Counted from the first letter of the stretch, positions 18,748 to 29,708 are shown. The stretch: 64,000 bases of DNA from an uncultured Pikeienuella sp. (GCA_965659735.1 CBFHXH010000008.1:74-64073), one strand, 5' to 3'. Notes: generated by a model not told the origin, from the letters alone. Made by a program: numbers and translations.

Positions 18748-21212
18748 TGTCAAGCTGGACTGAAAAGGAACGAACACCCCTGCTGCCTGCATCAGCGCAG
18801 GAATTTCTGACCCGTCGTGGGGCGGAACTGGTCGGCCTGGGCTTTGCCTTGGTCGGGCTGGTGTTTGTCGCGATCTTCGGCACGTACAACCCGGCTGACC
18901 CCAGCTGGTTTAACGCCACGCCTGATCGCGCAACCAATATGCTGGGCACCGCAGGCGCGCTGATCGCCGATCCGTTCATGCGCACGCTGGGCCTCGCATC
19001 CTGGGGCGTGGCGCTGTGGCTTCTGGTTTGGGCGCTGCGGCTGATCACCCATACAGGCGACCATCGCATCTGGTCCCGTTTGATTATCGCGCCAATCGCA
19101 GTTATCATCGTCGCCGTTTTCGCGTCAGCTCATACGCCGATGGCCAGCTGGACGCTGGCGACCGGTTTGGGCGGCATGATTGGCGACGCCATTTTATCCA
19201 TTTTGCTGGGGGCGGTCCCGATGACCGCCGCCGATACTTTCAAATTGGCCACATTGGGCCTTGCTTTTGTAACGCTGCTTGCAGCGGGAATGGGTCTTGG
19301 CGTCAGTTATTCAGAAGCGCGGGTTGCGTTCCGCTTCCTTGTTCGATCTCTCATCACTGCAATTGTGGCATGTATTCAACTTGTCGCTTCGGGCGTCGGT
19401 TGGACCATTGCTCGGGTGCGCGCGGCGATGGCGAAACCGCGGTCTGAAAAGGTTCAACCACCAGAGCCGCTTGGCTTCCGCCGGGCGGAACCTTCGTTCG
19501 ATGGGGCGTCCGATGATGATGAGGACGGCTTTTTCCCGTCCGCCCCCGAAGTGGACCCGGAAGAGCCTTCGATGCTCCCTTCCATCCTGCGTCGTCAGGC
19601 TGACCGCGCGCCGGTAGAGCGCGCCAAGAAGCCCATCCGCAAATCCAAGGCCGCCGTGGCCGAGGAGCAGCCCATGCTGGCCCTGGATGAAGAGGAAGGC
19701 AACACCTATCAGCACCCGCCCCTGTCGCTGCTGCAGTCGTCAAAGAACATCGTTCGTCACACCGAAAGCGATGTCGCGCTGGAAGAAAACGCGCGCATGC
19801 TGGAAAGCGTGCTGGATGATTACGGCGTGCGCGGTGAAATTGGCGCTGTCCGCCCCGGCCCCGTCGTCACGATGTACGAACTGGAACCAGCGCCGGGCCT
19901 AAAAGCCAGCCGCGTTGTTGGTCTGGCCGATGATATCGCCCGGTCGATGTCGGCCCTGGCCGCCCGCGTGTCGACCATTCCGGGCCGCAACGTGATTGGT
20001 ATCGAACTGCCAAACTCGAACCGCGAAATGGTTCTGCTGCGCGAACAGCTTTCGTCGGGCGTTTATGGCGACAGCAACTACAAGCTCGCCCTGGCGCTGG
20101 GCAAGGATATTGGGGGCGAGCCGGTTGTGGCGAACCTCGCCAAAATGCCCCACGTTCTGGTCGCGGGTACGACCGGTTCGGGTAAGTCGGTGGCGATCAA
20201 CACCATGATCCTCAGCCTCCTGTATCGGCTTAGCCCGAAGGAATGCCGCCTGATCATGATCGACCCCAAAATGCTGGAACTAAGCGTCTATGACGGTATC
20301 CCGCATCTTCTGTCCCCCGTCGTGACCGACCCTAAAAAGGCCGTCGTCGCGCTGAAATGGGCAGTGGCGGAGATGGAAGACCGCTATCGCAAGATGTCCA
20401 AGATGGGCGTCCGCAATATCGATGGCTATAACCAGCGGGTCCGGGATGCGCTGGCGAAGGGGGAAGCATTCTCGCGCACCGTGCAAACCGGCTTTGATGA
20501 AAGCACCGGCCAGCCGATCATCGAAACGGAAGAGTTTGAGCCTGAGGAAATGCCATTCATCGTTGTGATCGTCGATGAGATGGCCGACCTGATGATGGTC
20601 GCAGGCAAAGAGATTGAGGCCTGCATCCAGCGCCTCGCCCAGATGGCCCGCGCATCCGGCATCCACATCATCATGGCGACGCAACGCCCGTCGGTCGATG
20701 TGATCACCGGCACGATCAAGGCGAACTTCCCGACCCGGATTTCGTTCCAGGTCACCTCGAAAGTCGACAGCCGCACCATTCTTGGTGAGCAAGGCGCCGA
20801 ACAACTGCTCGGCATGGGCGACATGCTCTATATGGCGGGCGGCGGGCGCGTGACCCGCGTGCACGGGCCGTTCGTGTCGGATGAAGAGGTTGAAGAGGTC
20901 GTTCGCCATCTGAAGACGCAGGGTGAGCCGGAATATGTGAGCGCTGTGACCGAAGGCGATGACGACAGTGAGAATGCTGCAGCCATCGACGAAATCCTTG
21001 GCCTTGGCGGCGACGGCGGCGAAAACGCGCTGTACGATCAGGCGGTGATGATCGTGGCGCACGACCGGAAATGTTCCACCTCCTACATCCAGCGCAAGCT
21101 GGCGATCGGCTATAACAAGGCCGCGCGTCTGGTTGAGCAGATGGAAGATCAGGGCGTCGTCTCCCCCGCCAACCATGTTGGCAAACGCGAAGTTCTGATC
21201 CAGGAACGCTGA
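18747..21212 (+). CDS. ftsK: DNA translocase FtsK
   Basis: N-terminal 4TM region, [37 protein letters not shown] and gamma domain ([15 protein letters not shown]). ATG 18747 is coupled to the upstream TGA. Confidence 0.96.
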   Translation: MSSWTEKERTPLLPASAQEFLTRRGAELVGLGFALVGLVFVAIFGTYNPADPSWFNATPDRATNMLGTAGALIADPFMRTLGLASWGVALWLLVWALRLITHTGDHRIWSRLIIAPIAVIIVAVFASAHTPMASWTLATGLGGMIGDAILSILLGAVPMTAADTFKLATLGLAFVTLLAAGMGLGVSYSEARVAFRFLVRSLITAIVACIQLVASGVGWTIARVRAAMAKPRSEKVQPPEPLGFRRAEPSFDGASDDDEDGFFPSAPEVDPEEPSMLPSILRRQADRAPVERAKKPIRKSKAAVAEEQPMLALDEEEGNTYQHPPLSLLQSSKNIVRHTESDVALEENARMLESVLDDYGVRGEIGAVRPGPVVTMYELEPAPGLKASRVVGLADDIARSMSALAARVSTIPGRNVIGIELPNSNREMVLLREQLSSGVYGDSNYKLALALGKDIGGEPVVANLAKMPHVLVAGTTGSGKSVAINTMILSLLYRLSPKECRLIMIDPKMLELSVYDGIPHLLSPVVTDPKKAVVALKWAVAEMEDRYRKMSKMGVRNIDGYNQRVRDALAKGEAFSRTVQTGFDESTGQPIIETEEFEPEEMPFIVVIVDEMADLMMVAGKEIEACIQRLAQMARASGIHIIMATQRPSVDVITGTIKANFPTRISFQVTSKVDSRTILGEQGAEQLLGMGDMLYMAGGGRVTRVHGPFVSDEEVEEVVRHLKTQGEPEYVSAVTEGDDDSENAAAIDEILGLGGDGGENALYDQAVMIVAHDRKCSTSYIQRKLAIGYNKAARLVEQMEDQGVVSPANHVGKREVLIQER

Positions 21213-21288
21213 TGACAACGGCGGCTGAGCGGGCGGGATTACCAGAGATTGGGTTCCGTCGCCAGTCGCCGCCTATCTTCTTTACGGG

Positions 21289-22476
21289 GTGCATGACGGG
21301 GTCGCCGAGCCGCGGCTGGCCTTCGCCAACAACCTCACCTGCCTCATCTACATCTGCGCATTCATGTACTTTGCGGTGCTTTTCATGGCGCTGGATCCCG
21401 CGGGGCTGTGGCCCCCGGCCGTGAGTTGCCTTTGTGCGGCTGTCACCCAGTTGGCGCTGCGGGAAATCAACCGCCGCTCGCCCGCCATAGGTCAGCTATG
21501 GCTTGCCTTCTGGTTGATTGGCGCCCTCGCCGTGAACGCGTGGATGACCGGGGCAGGGTCAGGCATCTTTCTCTTCCTGTTCAGCGTGCCGTCGCTGGTG
21601 ATGCTGGCGGCGGAACTCCGCTACCTCGGGATCATTGTCGCAACCACGATCGCCGCAGCGAAAGTCGCGCTTTTCATCATGATGTTCGCTGCTGAGCCTG
21701 CGTCCTTCATCACCCTCACGCCTTTCGCCGAAGGGGTCCTTCTGGTGAACGCCGTGTTCGGTCTCACAGCGATGTTGATGTTCTTCATCTACTATGCGCT
21801 GCGCCGGATGCTGGCCGCAGAGGCGGCGATTCAGGTGGAATACGGGCGGTCCAAGCGACTGCTGGAAAACCTCCTCCCCAGCAAGATTGCAGAACGGCTG
21901 AAGGATGCGCCAAACCGGGTGATCGCGGATTCGATGGGTCAGGTGTCGATTGTCTTCGGCGACATCGTTGATTTCACTCCCCGCGCCGCGTCTATGCCGC
22001 CGGCTGAACTGGTGGGTCTTCTGAACCGCGTCTTCACGGCCTTCGATGAAGAGACGGATGCGCGTGAGCTGGAGAAGATCAAAACCATCGGCGACGCCTA
22101 CATGGTCGCCGCCAGGATGCCAAAGGCGCGGCCCGACCATACCGCGGCTGCGGCCGACATGGCGTTGGCCATGCTGGACGTGGCCAATCGGCTGAGCGAG
22201 GAAACCGGCGAAGCGATCAGCGTCCGCGTCGGCCTGCACACCGGCCCTGCCGTCGCCGGGGTCATTGGCGTAAGCAAGTTCTTCTATGACGTCTGGGGTG
22301 ATACGGTGAACACCGCCTCCCGCATGGAAAGCCACGGCGAGCCGGGGCGCATTCAGGTGACCGCCGTGACGAAAGAGGCGCTGGGTGAGGCCTATCTGTT
22401 CGAGCCGCGCGGGCCTATCAACATCAAAGGCAAGGGTTCAATCGAAACTTGGTGGCTGACAGGGCGAGCCGGATAA
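21289..22476 (+). CDS. Membrane class III adenylate cyclase (copy 1); 5' end uncertain or frameshifted
   Basis: About 6 TM segments followed by FGDIVDFT, KIKTIGDAYM, YDVWGDTVNTASRMES. A coupled ATG at 21212 is in a different frame. Confidence 0.88.
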   Translation: MHDGVAEPRLAFANNLTCLIYICAFMYFAVLFMALDPAGLWPPAVSCLCAAVTQLALREINRRSPAIGQLWLAFWLIGALAVNAWMTGAGSGIFLFLFSVPSLVMLAAELRYLGIIVATTIAAAKVALFIMMFAAEPASFITLTPFAEGVLLVNAVFGLTAMLMFFIYYALRRMLAAEAAIQVEYGRSKRLLENLLPSKIAERLKDAPNRVIADSMGQVSIVFGDIVDFTPRAASMPPAELVGLLNRVFTAFDEETDARELEKIKTIGDAYMVAARMPKARPDHTAAAADMALAMLDVANRLSEETGEAISVRVGLHTGPAVAGVIGVSKFFYDVWGDTVNTASRMESHGEPGRIQVTAVTKEALGEAYLFEPRGPINIKGKGSIETWWLTGRAG

Positions 22477-22528
22477 GACGTGCGTTATCCTTGGTTGATG
22501 GCGCCAAAACGAGGGCGGGGACGTATCA

Positions 22529-23785
22529 GTGAACGGATTGACGAAGAGCGGTGGCCTGTCGTCGTGGTTTCATGCCTGACACAATCTGGGTCTCGATGAT
22601 CTTCCCTCTGACGACCGTCGCAGCGCGCGGCTTCTGAACATCGCCTCGACGATCAGCGCCTTCTTCGCCACCGGGTTCGGCGTCAGCTATGCCGCCTATG
22701 ATTTCGCCAGCCTCTGGCCTGCGGTGATGGCCTGCGCCGTTCTGACGTTCGGCGCGCTGATGACGCCGGTTCTGATGGTGCGGAACTTCATCCTGACCGT
22801 GCTGTTGCTGTCAGGATCGATGCTGTTCGCCTTCAACTTCATACCCTACACGCTGGGCGCAGAAGCCTGGGTGCACACCACGCTGAACAGCGCCTATATC
22901 GCGGGCATATTCCTCGCCGTCGGACTGACGCGCCTTTGGCTGGCGGCGACGTTGTCCGTTGTCGCCTTTTCGCTCGCGTTGATGGCGGAGCTGACATTCA
23001 CGGAACCGGCATGGGCGGATCAGATGGACCCGACAATGCTGATCGTCGTGAAGGTCAACATGATGTTCGCCAACGCCTCGGTCATCGCCGGCCTCGCCTA
23101 TCTCGCCATCCGGCGCGTGACGATGACGGAAAAGGCGCTCGCCGTTGAACATGCGCGGTCCGAGGCGCTGCTTGACAACCTGCTGCCGGAAAAGATCGCC
23201 CTCCGCCTGAAAGACGCGCCGGATCAGATCATCGCTGACAGCATTGGCCAGGCGACGATCCTTTTTGCCGATATTGTCGACTTTACGCCGCGCGTCGCGA
23301 CCACGCCGCCCGAAGATCTGATCCGCTTTCTGAACCGCGTTTTCACAGCGTTTGACGAGGAAACCGACCAGCGAGGCTTGGAAAAGATCAAGACCATCGG
23401 CGACGCTTACATGGTTACCGCCGGCATGCCCGAGCCACGCGCCTATCATGCCGACGCGATCGCGAAACTGACCCTCAGGACGCTGGAGATCAAGGAAGAG
23501 ATTTCGCAAACCGCAGGGCAGCCCGTGACTGTTCGCATTGGCATCCAAACGGGCCCGGCGGTTGAAGGCGTCATTGGGGTGCGCAAGTTCTTCTACGACG
23601 TCTGGGGCGACACGGTGAACACCGCATCCCGTATGGAAAGCCACGGCGAGCCGAGGTGTATTCAGGTGACAGAAGAAACAAAGGCCGCTTTGGGCGACGA
23701 CTACACGTTCGAACCGCGCGGCATGATCGAAATCAAGGGCAAGGGTTCGATCGCAACTTGGTAGCTGACAGGCCGGGCCATCTGA
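22529..23785 (+). pseudogene. Membrane class III adenylate cyclase (copy 2) with two nonsense codons
   Basis: GTG 22529 frame is interrupted by TGA 22577-22579 (FHA*HNLG) and TAG 23762-23764 (ATW*LTGRA, versus ETWWLTGRA in copy 1). Catalytic motifs are otherwise present. Confidence 0.85.
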
Positions 23786-23925
23786 CAACCTCTGATCATC
23801 ACGAAGGATCAGGCAGCCGCCAGCGATGACGTCCGACACACAGCTCTCTGAAACAAGGGGGTTTTTCGTGCCAAGTCCGAACTCGTGGGGTATGGGTAGT
23901 TGGTGACAGGTGGTGAAAGGTCTAG

Positions 23926-24858
23926 GGCATTGACAATGAACTCATCCTGACAGGTTCTTTGCATGGCGACAGTCTGCAAGGCGGCTTGGGGGCGGACCGG
24001 ATCAACGGGCATTCCGGCGATGATCTGATTCTGGGGCATGATCAGAACAACACGCTGACCGGCGACGGCGGCGCGGATACGCTTCATGGCGGCGCGCACA
24101 ACGATCATCTCAGCGGCGGCGACGACAGCGACCATCTTTTTGGCGGCGATGGCGACGACATCCTGCAAGGCGGCGGCGATGGCGACCTTATCGAAGGCGG
24201 CGATGGCGATGACCAGCTGCTTGGCGATCAGGGCTGCGACACGCTGAAAGGCGGCGTCGGGGCCGATGAATTGTTTGGCGGCGGCGGCAATGACGTCCTG
24301 CGCTTTAGCCCGGGCGATGGCGTCGGTTCAAGCGGCGGTGGGCGCGATGAGGTCATTGGCGGCGGCGGGAACGACTTGCTCGAAGGCGGCGGTGGCGCAG
24401 ATACCGGATTAGGCGGCGCAGGCGGAGACAAGGTGCTCGGCGGTGGCCAGAACGACATATTGGACGGCGGCGCTGGCGCCGACCTTGTCAATGGTCAGGC
24501 GGGCAATGATCAGGTGTCGAGCGGCGAAGGCGATGATATCGTCAAGGGCGGGGCAGGCGACGACCTGCTGGCCGGCAATGGCGGTGCCGACGTGATTTCG
24601 GGCGACTTCGGCAATGACATCATGTCGGGCGGCGCGGGCGACGATATCTTTACCTTCCGGCTCGGCCATGGAGCGAATGTCATTACGGACTTCAAGAACG
24701 ATAAAGACCGTATTTGCATTGAAACAGGCGCAGCAGGGTTCGACGATCTCAGCATCTTCGATACTGGACCAGATATCCTGGTGACGTTTGGCGACGTGGA
24801 AATTCTGATCCTTGATGAACGGCGCGGCCGCATCGATGAGGATGACTTTATCTTCTAA
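23926..24858 (+). pseudogene. RTX/hemolysin-type Ca-binding repeat protein lacking a recognisable N-terminus
   Basis: About two dozen GGxGxD nonapeptides plus a C-terminal GHGANVITDF type-I secretion-like tail. The open frame begins after TAG 23923-23925 with no ATG/RBS. Confidence 0.6.
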
Positions 24859-24910
24859 TGTCCGTTTATCTTCTCGGGCCCTGTCCGGCGCCTCAGCGCG
24901 CTTTCTCCGG

Positions 24911-26125
24911 CTACAGTTCCCGCCACCACCACGCCAGCGCAATGATCGGGATCAGACCCTGCAAGCCAATGATGATCAGCGCATCCGACGCGCTGACCAG
25001 TTCCGCCGTCAGGCCGATATTGGCGAACCCAATCACGCCTGATCCGATTGCGATGGTCATCAGCCCCAGAAACCGCCCGCGCATCGCATCCGGTGCGACC
25101 GAATAGATCAGCGTTGATTGCATTATCGCGAAACCCGCTGTGCAGAACCCGCCAACCGACAGGCCCAGCGCCAACATCCAGGCACCGCTGATCCAGCCGA
25201 TCAGGATGATGAAGACAAACAACATACCGACCCCACCGATATAGAGCGGGCGATACAATCGTTTCGGCGTGATGCGCGCCAGGATAAGTGCGCCAAACAG
25301 GGCGAAAAGCCCCTCCAGCGCCGTGATTGCACCGACCAGCGAGGGGTCGAGCCCCAGTTCATCCTTGCCGATCACCGGGATCATCGCGAGGTAGGGAAAC
25401 CCCCAAATGTTGAAGACCACAGTCACCAGCAGAATAATACCGACATCGCGGTTTTGGGCGGCGTAGCGCGCTGCCTCCCACGACCCGATCAGGGGCGCGG
25501 TCAGACGGGCCCAGCCAACATCAGCGACACGGGTGATCGCGGTGGGCTGGATCGTCAGCGAGACGAGGATCGAAAGCGCATAAAGCGCCGCGCCCAGTGC
25601 GAATATGCCGTCGAGGCCCAGATACTGATACATCGCTCCGCCGATCAGCGGGCCCAGCGCGCGCGTGCCGTTTGATGTTGCGTTGTCGGCGGCCATGGAC
25701 TGCGCCAACAAATCAGGGCGCACCCGGTCGCCGATCATCTTGCGGCGGAATGGAAAATCGCTGGCCCAGAATGACCCGGAAATGAACGCCGCCACCGCCA
25801 CGTGCCAGTATTCGGCGCGGTCCGCCAGGAATAACGCCAACAGCGCCGCCGATGTCGCCATGACAATGAACAGCCCCCCGATCATCAGTTTGCGCGGGCT
25901 GAAAAGATCGGACAGCGCGCCAAGGAAAACACCGAACAGCGCCAGTGGCAGAAAGCGAAGAACGACCAGCAAAGCAACCAAAGCGGGCGAGCTGGTCACG
26001 TCATAGGCGTAGATTCCAAAGGCCAAAAGCTCCAGCCAGCGAACCACGCCAGTGAACAGGCCAACAATCCAGATCTTAACGAATTCCGAATCCGTGAATA
26101 ATCCTGAGGTTGTGCTACGGTCCAC
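24911..26125 (-). CDS. MFS transporter
   Basis: About 12 hydrophobic segments; GALSDLFSPRK motif-A-like segment; VRWLELLA N-terminus. Confidence 0.88.
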   Translation of the reverse strand: MDRSTTSGLFTDSEFVKIWIVGLFTGVVRWLELLAFGIYAYDVTSSPALVALLVVLRFLPLALFGVFLGALSDLFSPRKLMIGGLFIVMATSAALLALFLADRAEYWHVAVAAFISGSFWASDFPFRRKMIGDRVRPDLLAQSMAADNATSNGTRALGPLIGGAMYQYLGLDGIFALGAALYALSILVSLTIQPTAITRVADVGWARLTAPLIGSWEAARYAAQNRDVGIILLVTVVFNIWGFPYLAMIPVIGKDELGLDPSLVGAITALEGLFALFGALILARITPKRLYRPLYIGGVGMLFVFIILIGWISGAWMLALGLSVGGFCTAGFAIMQSTLIYSVAPDAMRGRFLGLMTIAIGSGVIGFANIGLTAELVSASDALIIIGLQGLIPIIALAWWWREL

Positions 26126-26240
26126 CCGTCATCCTTGTCGCCAGCAGGGCGCAGAGCCGTTTATCGGCGCGAAAGCTGCGATGCGACAGGTTGGACGCCG
26201 CGTCAAGTCTTCGCGTCCTGGCCTGGGTGATGTGTGCTGA

Positions 26241-26258
26241 GCATCACATCCCTGTAAT
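26241..26258 (+). promoter_or_regulatory. Possible Pho box upstream of phoX
   Basis: gcaTCAC-atcc-CTGTAAT: two heptamers with 11-bp period, only one close to CTGTCAT. Confidence 0.35.
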
Positions 26259-26329
26259 GTGGCAGTGTTATCCGGTCGAAAGAGGCCACCTCACTATTCG
26301 GCCCATGACTGCAATCACCCAGGGAAACG

Positions 26330-28201
26330 ATGATGAAAGATCACGTGACCGAGGAAATTTCCTTCGACGATTTCGATGAAATGGTGAACCCGCGCCCCGA
26401 TGGCTGCGAGTTTGACGATGTTGTGGAACAGGCACTTAACCGCCGCGGCTTCCTCAGCGGCGTTCTGGCCTTTGGCGGCGTCGCAATGGTGGGTGGCGCA
26501 CTGGCACCGAAAGCGCAGGCTGCAGCCCATTCCAGCCGGTTCGCCTTCGATGCGATCGCCACGAACGCGGTCGACGACATTACGCTGCCGCCAGGCTTTT
26601 CATCCAAAATCGTGGTGCGCTGGGGTGATCCGATGACCTCGGGCGGACCAGAATTTGATCACAAAACCCGCGGCACCGCCACTACCCAGGCCGTTACGTT
26701 TGGCGACAACATCGATGGGATGGAGATTTTCGAGGACGGCGACAAAACCATTCTTGTCGTTAACAACGAATACACCAACCGCCGCATTCTGTGGCCCGAT
26801 GGCGCGCCTGCATCGGACGACGACGTCAACAAAGGCAAGATGGCCCACGGCGTCACCGTTGTTGAGGTCGACGGCATGTCGATCGTCAAGGACAGCAAAT
26901 ACAACCGCCGGATCACGCCGGATACGCCAATGGCGATCACCGGCCCCGCAGCTGGTCACGACCTAATGAAAACGGCGGCGGACGCGGCCGGGACATCCTC
27001 GCTGGGCACATGGAACAACTGTGGTTCTGGCTCCACCCCCTGGGGCACGTATCTGGCCTGTGAAGAGAACTTTAACGGCTACTATTCCGCTGCGGACGAA
27101 GCGCACGAAGTGTCGCCGGAATTGGCCCGCTATGGCGTGTCATCGAAGGACTGGGGATACGGCTGGGCGAAGACGGACGAACGGTTCGACGTCTCAAAGC
27201 ACCCGAATGAGCCGAACCGGAACGGTTATGTCGTTGAAATTGATCCAGCCGATCCAACCTCGACCCCCAAGAAGCGCACCGCGCTGGGCCGTTTCAAGCA
27301 TGAGAACGCCGAAGTCGTCATCAACAATGACGGCCGCGTCGTGATCTACATGGGCGACGATGAACGGGGTGAATTCCTGTATCGCTATATCTCGAACGGC
27401 GTCTACGCGCCGGGGGCCGATACGGACGATCTGATGGAAAACGGCACGCTTTACGCGGCCAAGTTCGAAAATGACGGTACCGGCAAATGGATGGAGCTGT
27501 CGCCCGCAACCACCGGCATGGCGACCCAGGCTGAGGTGTGCATCCACACCCGCATCGGCGCCTCCACCGTCGGCGCAACGACGATGGACCGTCCGGAATG
27601 GGTCACGGCGAACCCCAACAAGGCCGAAGTTTACTGCGCCCTGACCAACAACAAGAACCGCGGCGTCAAAACCAACCGGGGCGGCGACGAACAGGTTGTT
27701 GGCGGCCCCAACCCGCGTGAGGCCAACAAGTACGGTCAGATTGTCCGCTGGTGCCCAGCAGATGGCGACCACACCGCTGATGCGTTCGATTGGGATCTGT
27801 TCGTCATGGCTGGCAACCCGACCGTGCACACCGATGCGAAAGCGGGTTCAGCCAACGTGAACGAAGGCAACATGTTCAACTCGCCCGATGGTCTGGCGTT
27901 CGACGATACGGGTCTTCTGTGGATCCAGACAGACGGCAAGTATTCGAACGAAGGCGACTTTGCCGGTCAGGGGAACAACCAGATGCTGGCGGCTGATCCC
28001 GCCACTGGCGAAATCCGGCGCTTCCTGGTTGGGCCAAAGGAATGTGAGGTGACCGGGCTGTGTTGGTCGGCGGACCGCAAGATTATGTATGTCGGCATCC
28101 AGCACCCGGGCGAGCGAGGCGACAGCCAGTGGCCCGACGGCAAACTGCCCCGATCTGCGGTCATCGCCGTGACCCGCGACGATGGCGGTCTGGTCGGCTA
28201 A
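26330..28201 (+). CDS. phoX: Alkaline phosphatase PhoX (Tat-exported)
   Basis: NRRGFL twin-arginine signal; VNNEY, AHGV, NNCGSG, TPWGTYLACEEN, GRFKHE, MDRPEW, SPDGL, QHPG motifs. Confidence 0.95.
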   Translation: MMKDHVTEEISFDDFDEMVNPRPDGCEFDDVVEQALNRRGFLSGVLAFGGVAMVGGALAPKAQAAAHSSRFAFDAIATNAVDDITLPPGFSSKIVVRWGDPMTSGGPEFDHKTRGTATTQAVTFGDNIDGMEIFEDGDKTILVVNNEYTNRRILWPDGAPASDDDVNKGKMAHGVTVVEVDGMSIVKDSKYNRRITPDTPMAITGPAAGHDLMKTAADAAGTSSLGTWNNCGSGSTPWGTYLACEENFNGYYSAADEAHEVSPELARYGVSSKDWGYGWAKTDERFDVSKHPNEPNRNGYVVEIDPADPTSTPKKRTALGRFKHENAEVVINNDGRVVIYMGDDERGEFLYRYISNGVYAPGADTDDLMENGTLYAAKFENDGTGKWMELSPATTGMATQAEVCIHTRIGASTVGATTMDRPEWVTANPNKAEVYCALTNNKNRGVKTNRGGDEQVVGGPNPREANKYGQIVRWCPADGDHTADAFDWDLFVMAGNPTVHTDAKAGSANVNEGNMFNSPDGLAFDDTGLLWIQTDGKYSNEGDFAGQGNNQMLAADPATGEIRRFLVGPKECEVTGLCWSADRKIMYVGIQHPGERGDSQWPDGKLPRSAVIAVTRDDGGLVG

Positions 28202-28226
28202 CTGCCCGCCATTTTGCAAAGACACG

Positions 28227-28260
28227 AACGCCGCCCTCCACCAGGGCGGCGTTTTTCTTT
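28227..28260 (+). terminator. Rho-independent terminator after phoX
   Basis: AACGCCGCCCT-ccacc-AGGGCGGCGTT followed by TTTCTTT. Confidence 0.85.
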
Positions 28261-28273
28261 GGTTGGTCCGATC

Positions 28274-29509
28274 TCAGGCGCCGACGATGTTGTGTTCCGG
28301 CCCATAGGGGAAGCCGGTGATGTTCTCCGGCCCGTCATCGCCCAGAACGACAATGTCATGTTCCCGGTATCCGCCCACGCCCGGTGCGCCTTCGGGCAGG
28401 GTCAGCATCGGCTCCATCGACACGACCATGCCTCTGGTCAGTTCAGTGTCGATATCTTCGCGCAGCTCCAGCCCCGCTTCGCGGCCATAGTAATGCGACA
28501 GCACGCCAAACGAATGGCCGTAGCCGAAGGACCGGTATTGCAGCAGATCGCGGGTGGCGAAGAACTCGTTGATCTCAGCGCAGACGCCATCGCAGGTCGC
28601 GCCTTCGCGGATCAGGCTCAGCCCCAATTTGTGGGCACCGACATTCGCCTCCCAGATCGCCAGCGAGGCGGTGTCGGGTTCACCTACAAAAAGCGTCCGC
28701 TCCAACGCTGTGTAGTAACCGGATATCATCGGAAATGTGTTGAGGCTGAGGATATCGCCCACCTCCAACCGGCGAGTTGTCACCGGGTTGTGGGCACCGT
28801 CTGTATTCAGCCCGGACTGGAACCAGACCCAGCTGTCACGCAGTTCGCTGTCGGGATGGCTGGCGGCGATCTCAGCCTCCATCGCGTCCCGGCCCGCCAT
28901 GGCGACGTCGATTTCGCGAACGCCTACCCTGATCGCATCGCGTACTGCCACGCCGCCAACATCGGCGATGCGCGCGCCTTCGCGGATCAAGGCGATCTCT
29001 TCGTCTGACTTCACCATCCGCTGGGTCATCGTCGCCGGGGCGATATCGACGCCTTCCGCACCTAGAAATTCAAACAGCTTGCGGCTTTGCGCCAGGGTCA
29101 GATGATCACCCTCGATCCCCACCCGGCGGACCTTGCCAACGATATCGCGCACGGCGCGCCAGTAATTGTCCCGCCGCCAGTCGGTGTAGACGACGTTTTC
29201 GTCCGCACTGCGCCGCCAGGGCTGACCGCCATCGATATTTGCTGAAACCGTAACTGACCGATCTTGCGTGACGACGCAGGCGTAGGGCCGACCAAAGGCG
29301 CAGTAGAGGAACCCGGAATAATACGCGACGCCTTGCATAGAGGTAAGGATCGCCGCCTCTACCCCCGTCTCAGCCATGATCGCGCGCAGGCCCGCCAACC
29401 GCCGGTCATATTCAGCGCGGCTAAAGGGAAGCGGCGCTTTCGCACCGTTCTGGAACGAAAAGAAGTCAGGCCGGGATACCGGCTGAGTTTTCAGATTTTG
29501 TTGTGTCAT
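28274..29509 (-). CDS. Creatinase (creatine amidinohydrolase, M24 fold)
   Basis: YYSGFLYCAFGRPY, SANIDGGQPWRR, YTDW, WFQSGLNTDGAHNPVT, YYTALERTLF and SHYYGREAGLELRED, all characteristic of creatinases; ATG 29509 with GGAGG. Confidence 0.92.
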   Translation of the reverse strand: MTQQNLKTQPVSRPDFFSFQNGAKAPLPFSRAEYDRRLAGLRAIMAETGVEAAILTSMQGVAYYSGFLYCAFGRPYACVVTQDRSVTVSANIDGGQPWRRSADENVVYTDWRRDNYWRAVRDIVGKVRRVGIEGDHLTLAQSRKLFEFLGAEGVDIAPATMTQRMVKSDEEIALIREGARIADVGGVAVRDAIRVGVREIDVAMAGRDAMEAEIAASHPDSELRDSWVWFQSGLNTDGAHNPVTTRRLEVGDILSLNTFPMISGYYTALERTLFVGEPDTASLAIWEANVGAHKLGLSLIREGATCDGVCAEINEFFATRDLLQYRSFGYGHSFGVLSHYYGREAGLELREDIDTELTRGMVVSMEPMLTLPEGAPGVGGYREHDIVVLGDDGPENITGFPYGPEHNIVGA

Positions 29510-29512
29510 CGT

Positions 29513-29640
29513 GACCTCCAAAAGTGTGGGAGGTCGGAGCGGACTCCAATCTCCCGATTGAAAGTCCCGGCGTTCAGGATGGTGAATGAGCGGAAGTCAT
29601 ACTTCCCGGCGACGCCATCACCGCTAAGCTCAACGCCCGT
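29513..29640 (-). promoter_or_regulatory. Structured 5' leader (candidate cis-regulatory RNA) of creatinase
   Basis: Two CGCCGGGA-[hairpin]-UCCGCUC units and a GACCUCC/GGAGGUC hairpin that occludes the SD. Confidence 0.55.
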
Positions 29641-29708
29641 TTGGCACAGAACATGGGCGCGCGCAAAGCAGTTTTTGCAGGCTTGCTTTTCGTCGCCGGC
29701 TGCCGGGC

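Noticed and set aside
23959-24660. Periodic GGCGGC-rich DNA as a non-coding repeat element
   Set aside because: Fully explained by the RTX nonapeptide coding repeats.
29600-29625. Fluoride-riboswitch-like GGUGAUGGCGUCGCC in the creatinase leader
   Set aside because: The downstream GCUGAUGA..CCU element is absent and the gene context does not fit; treated as an unknown motif instead.
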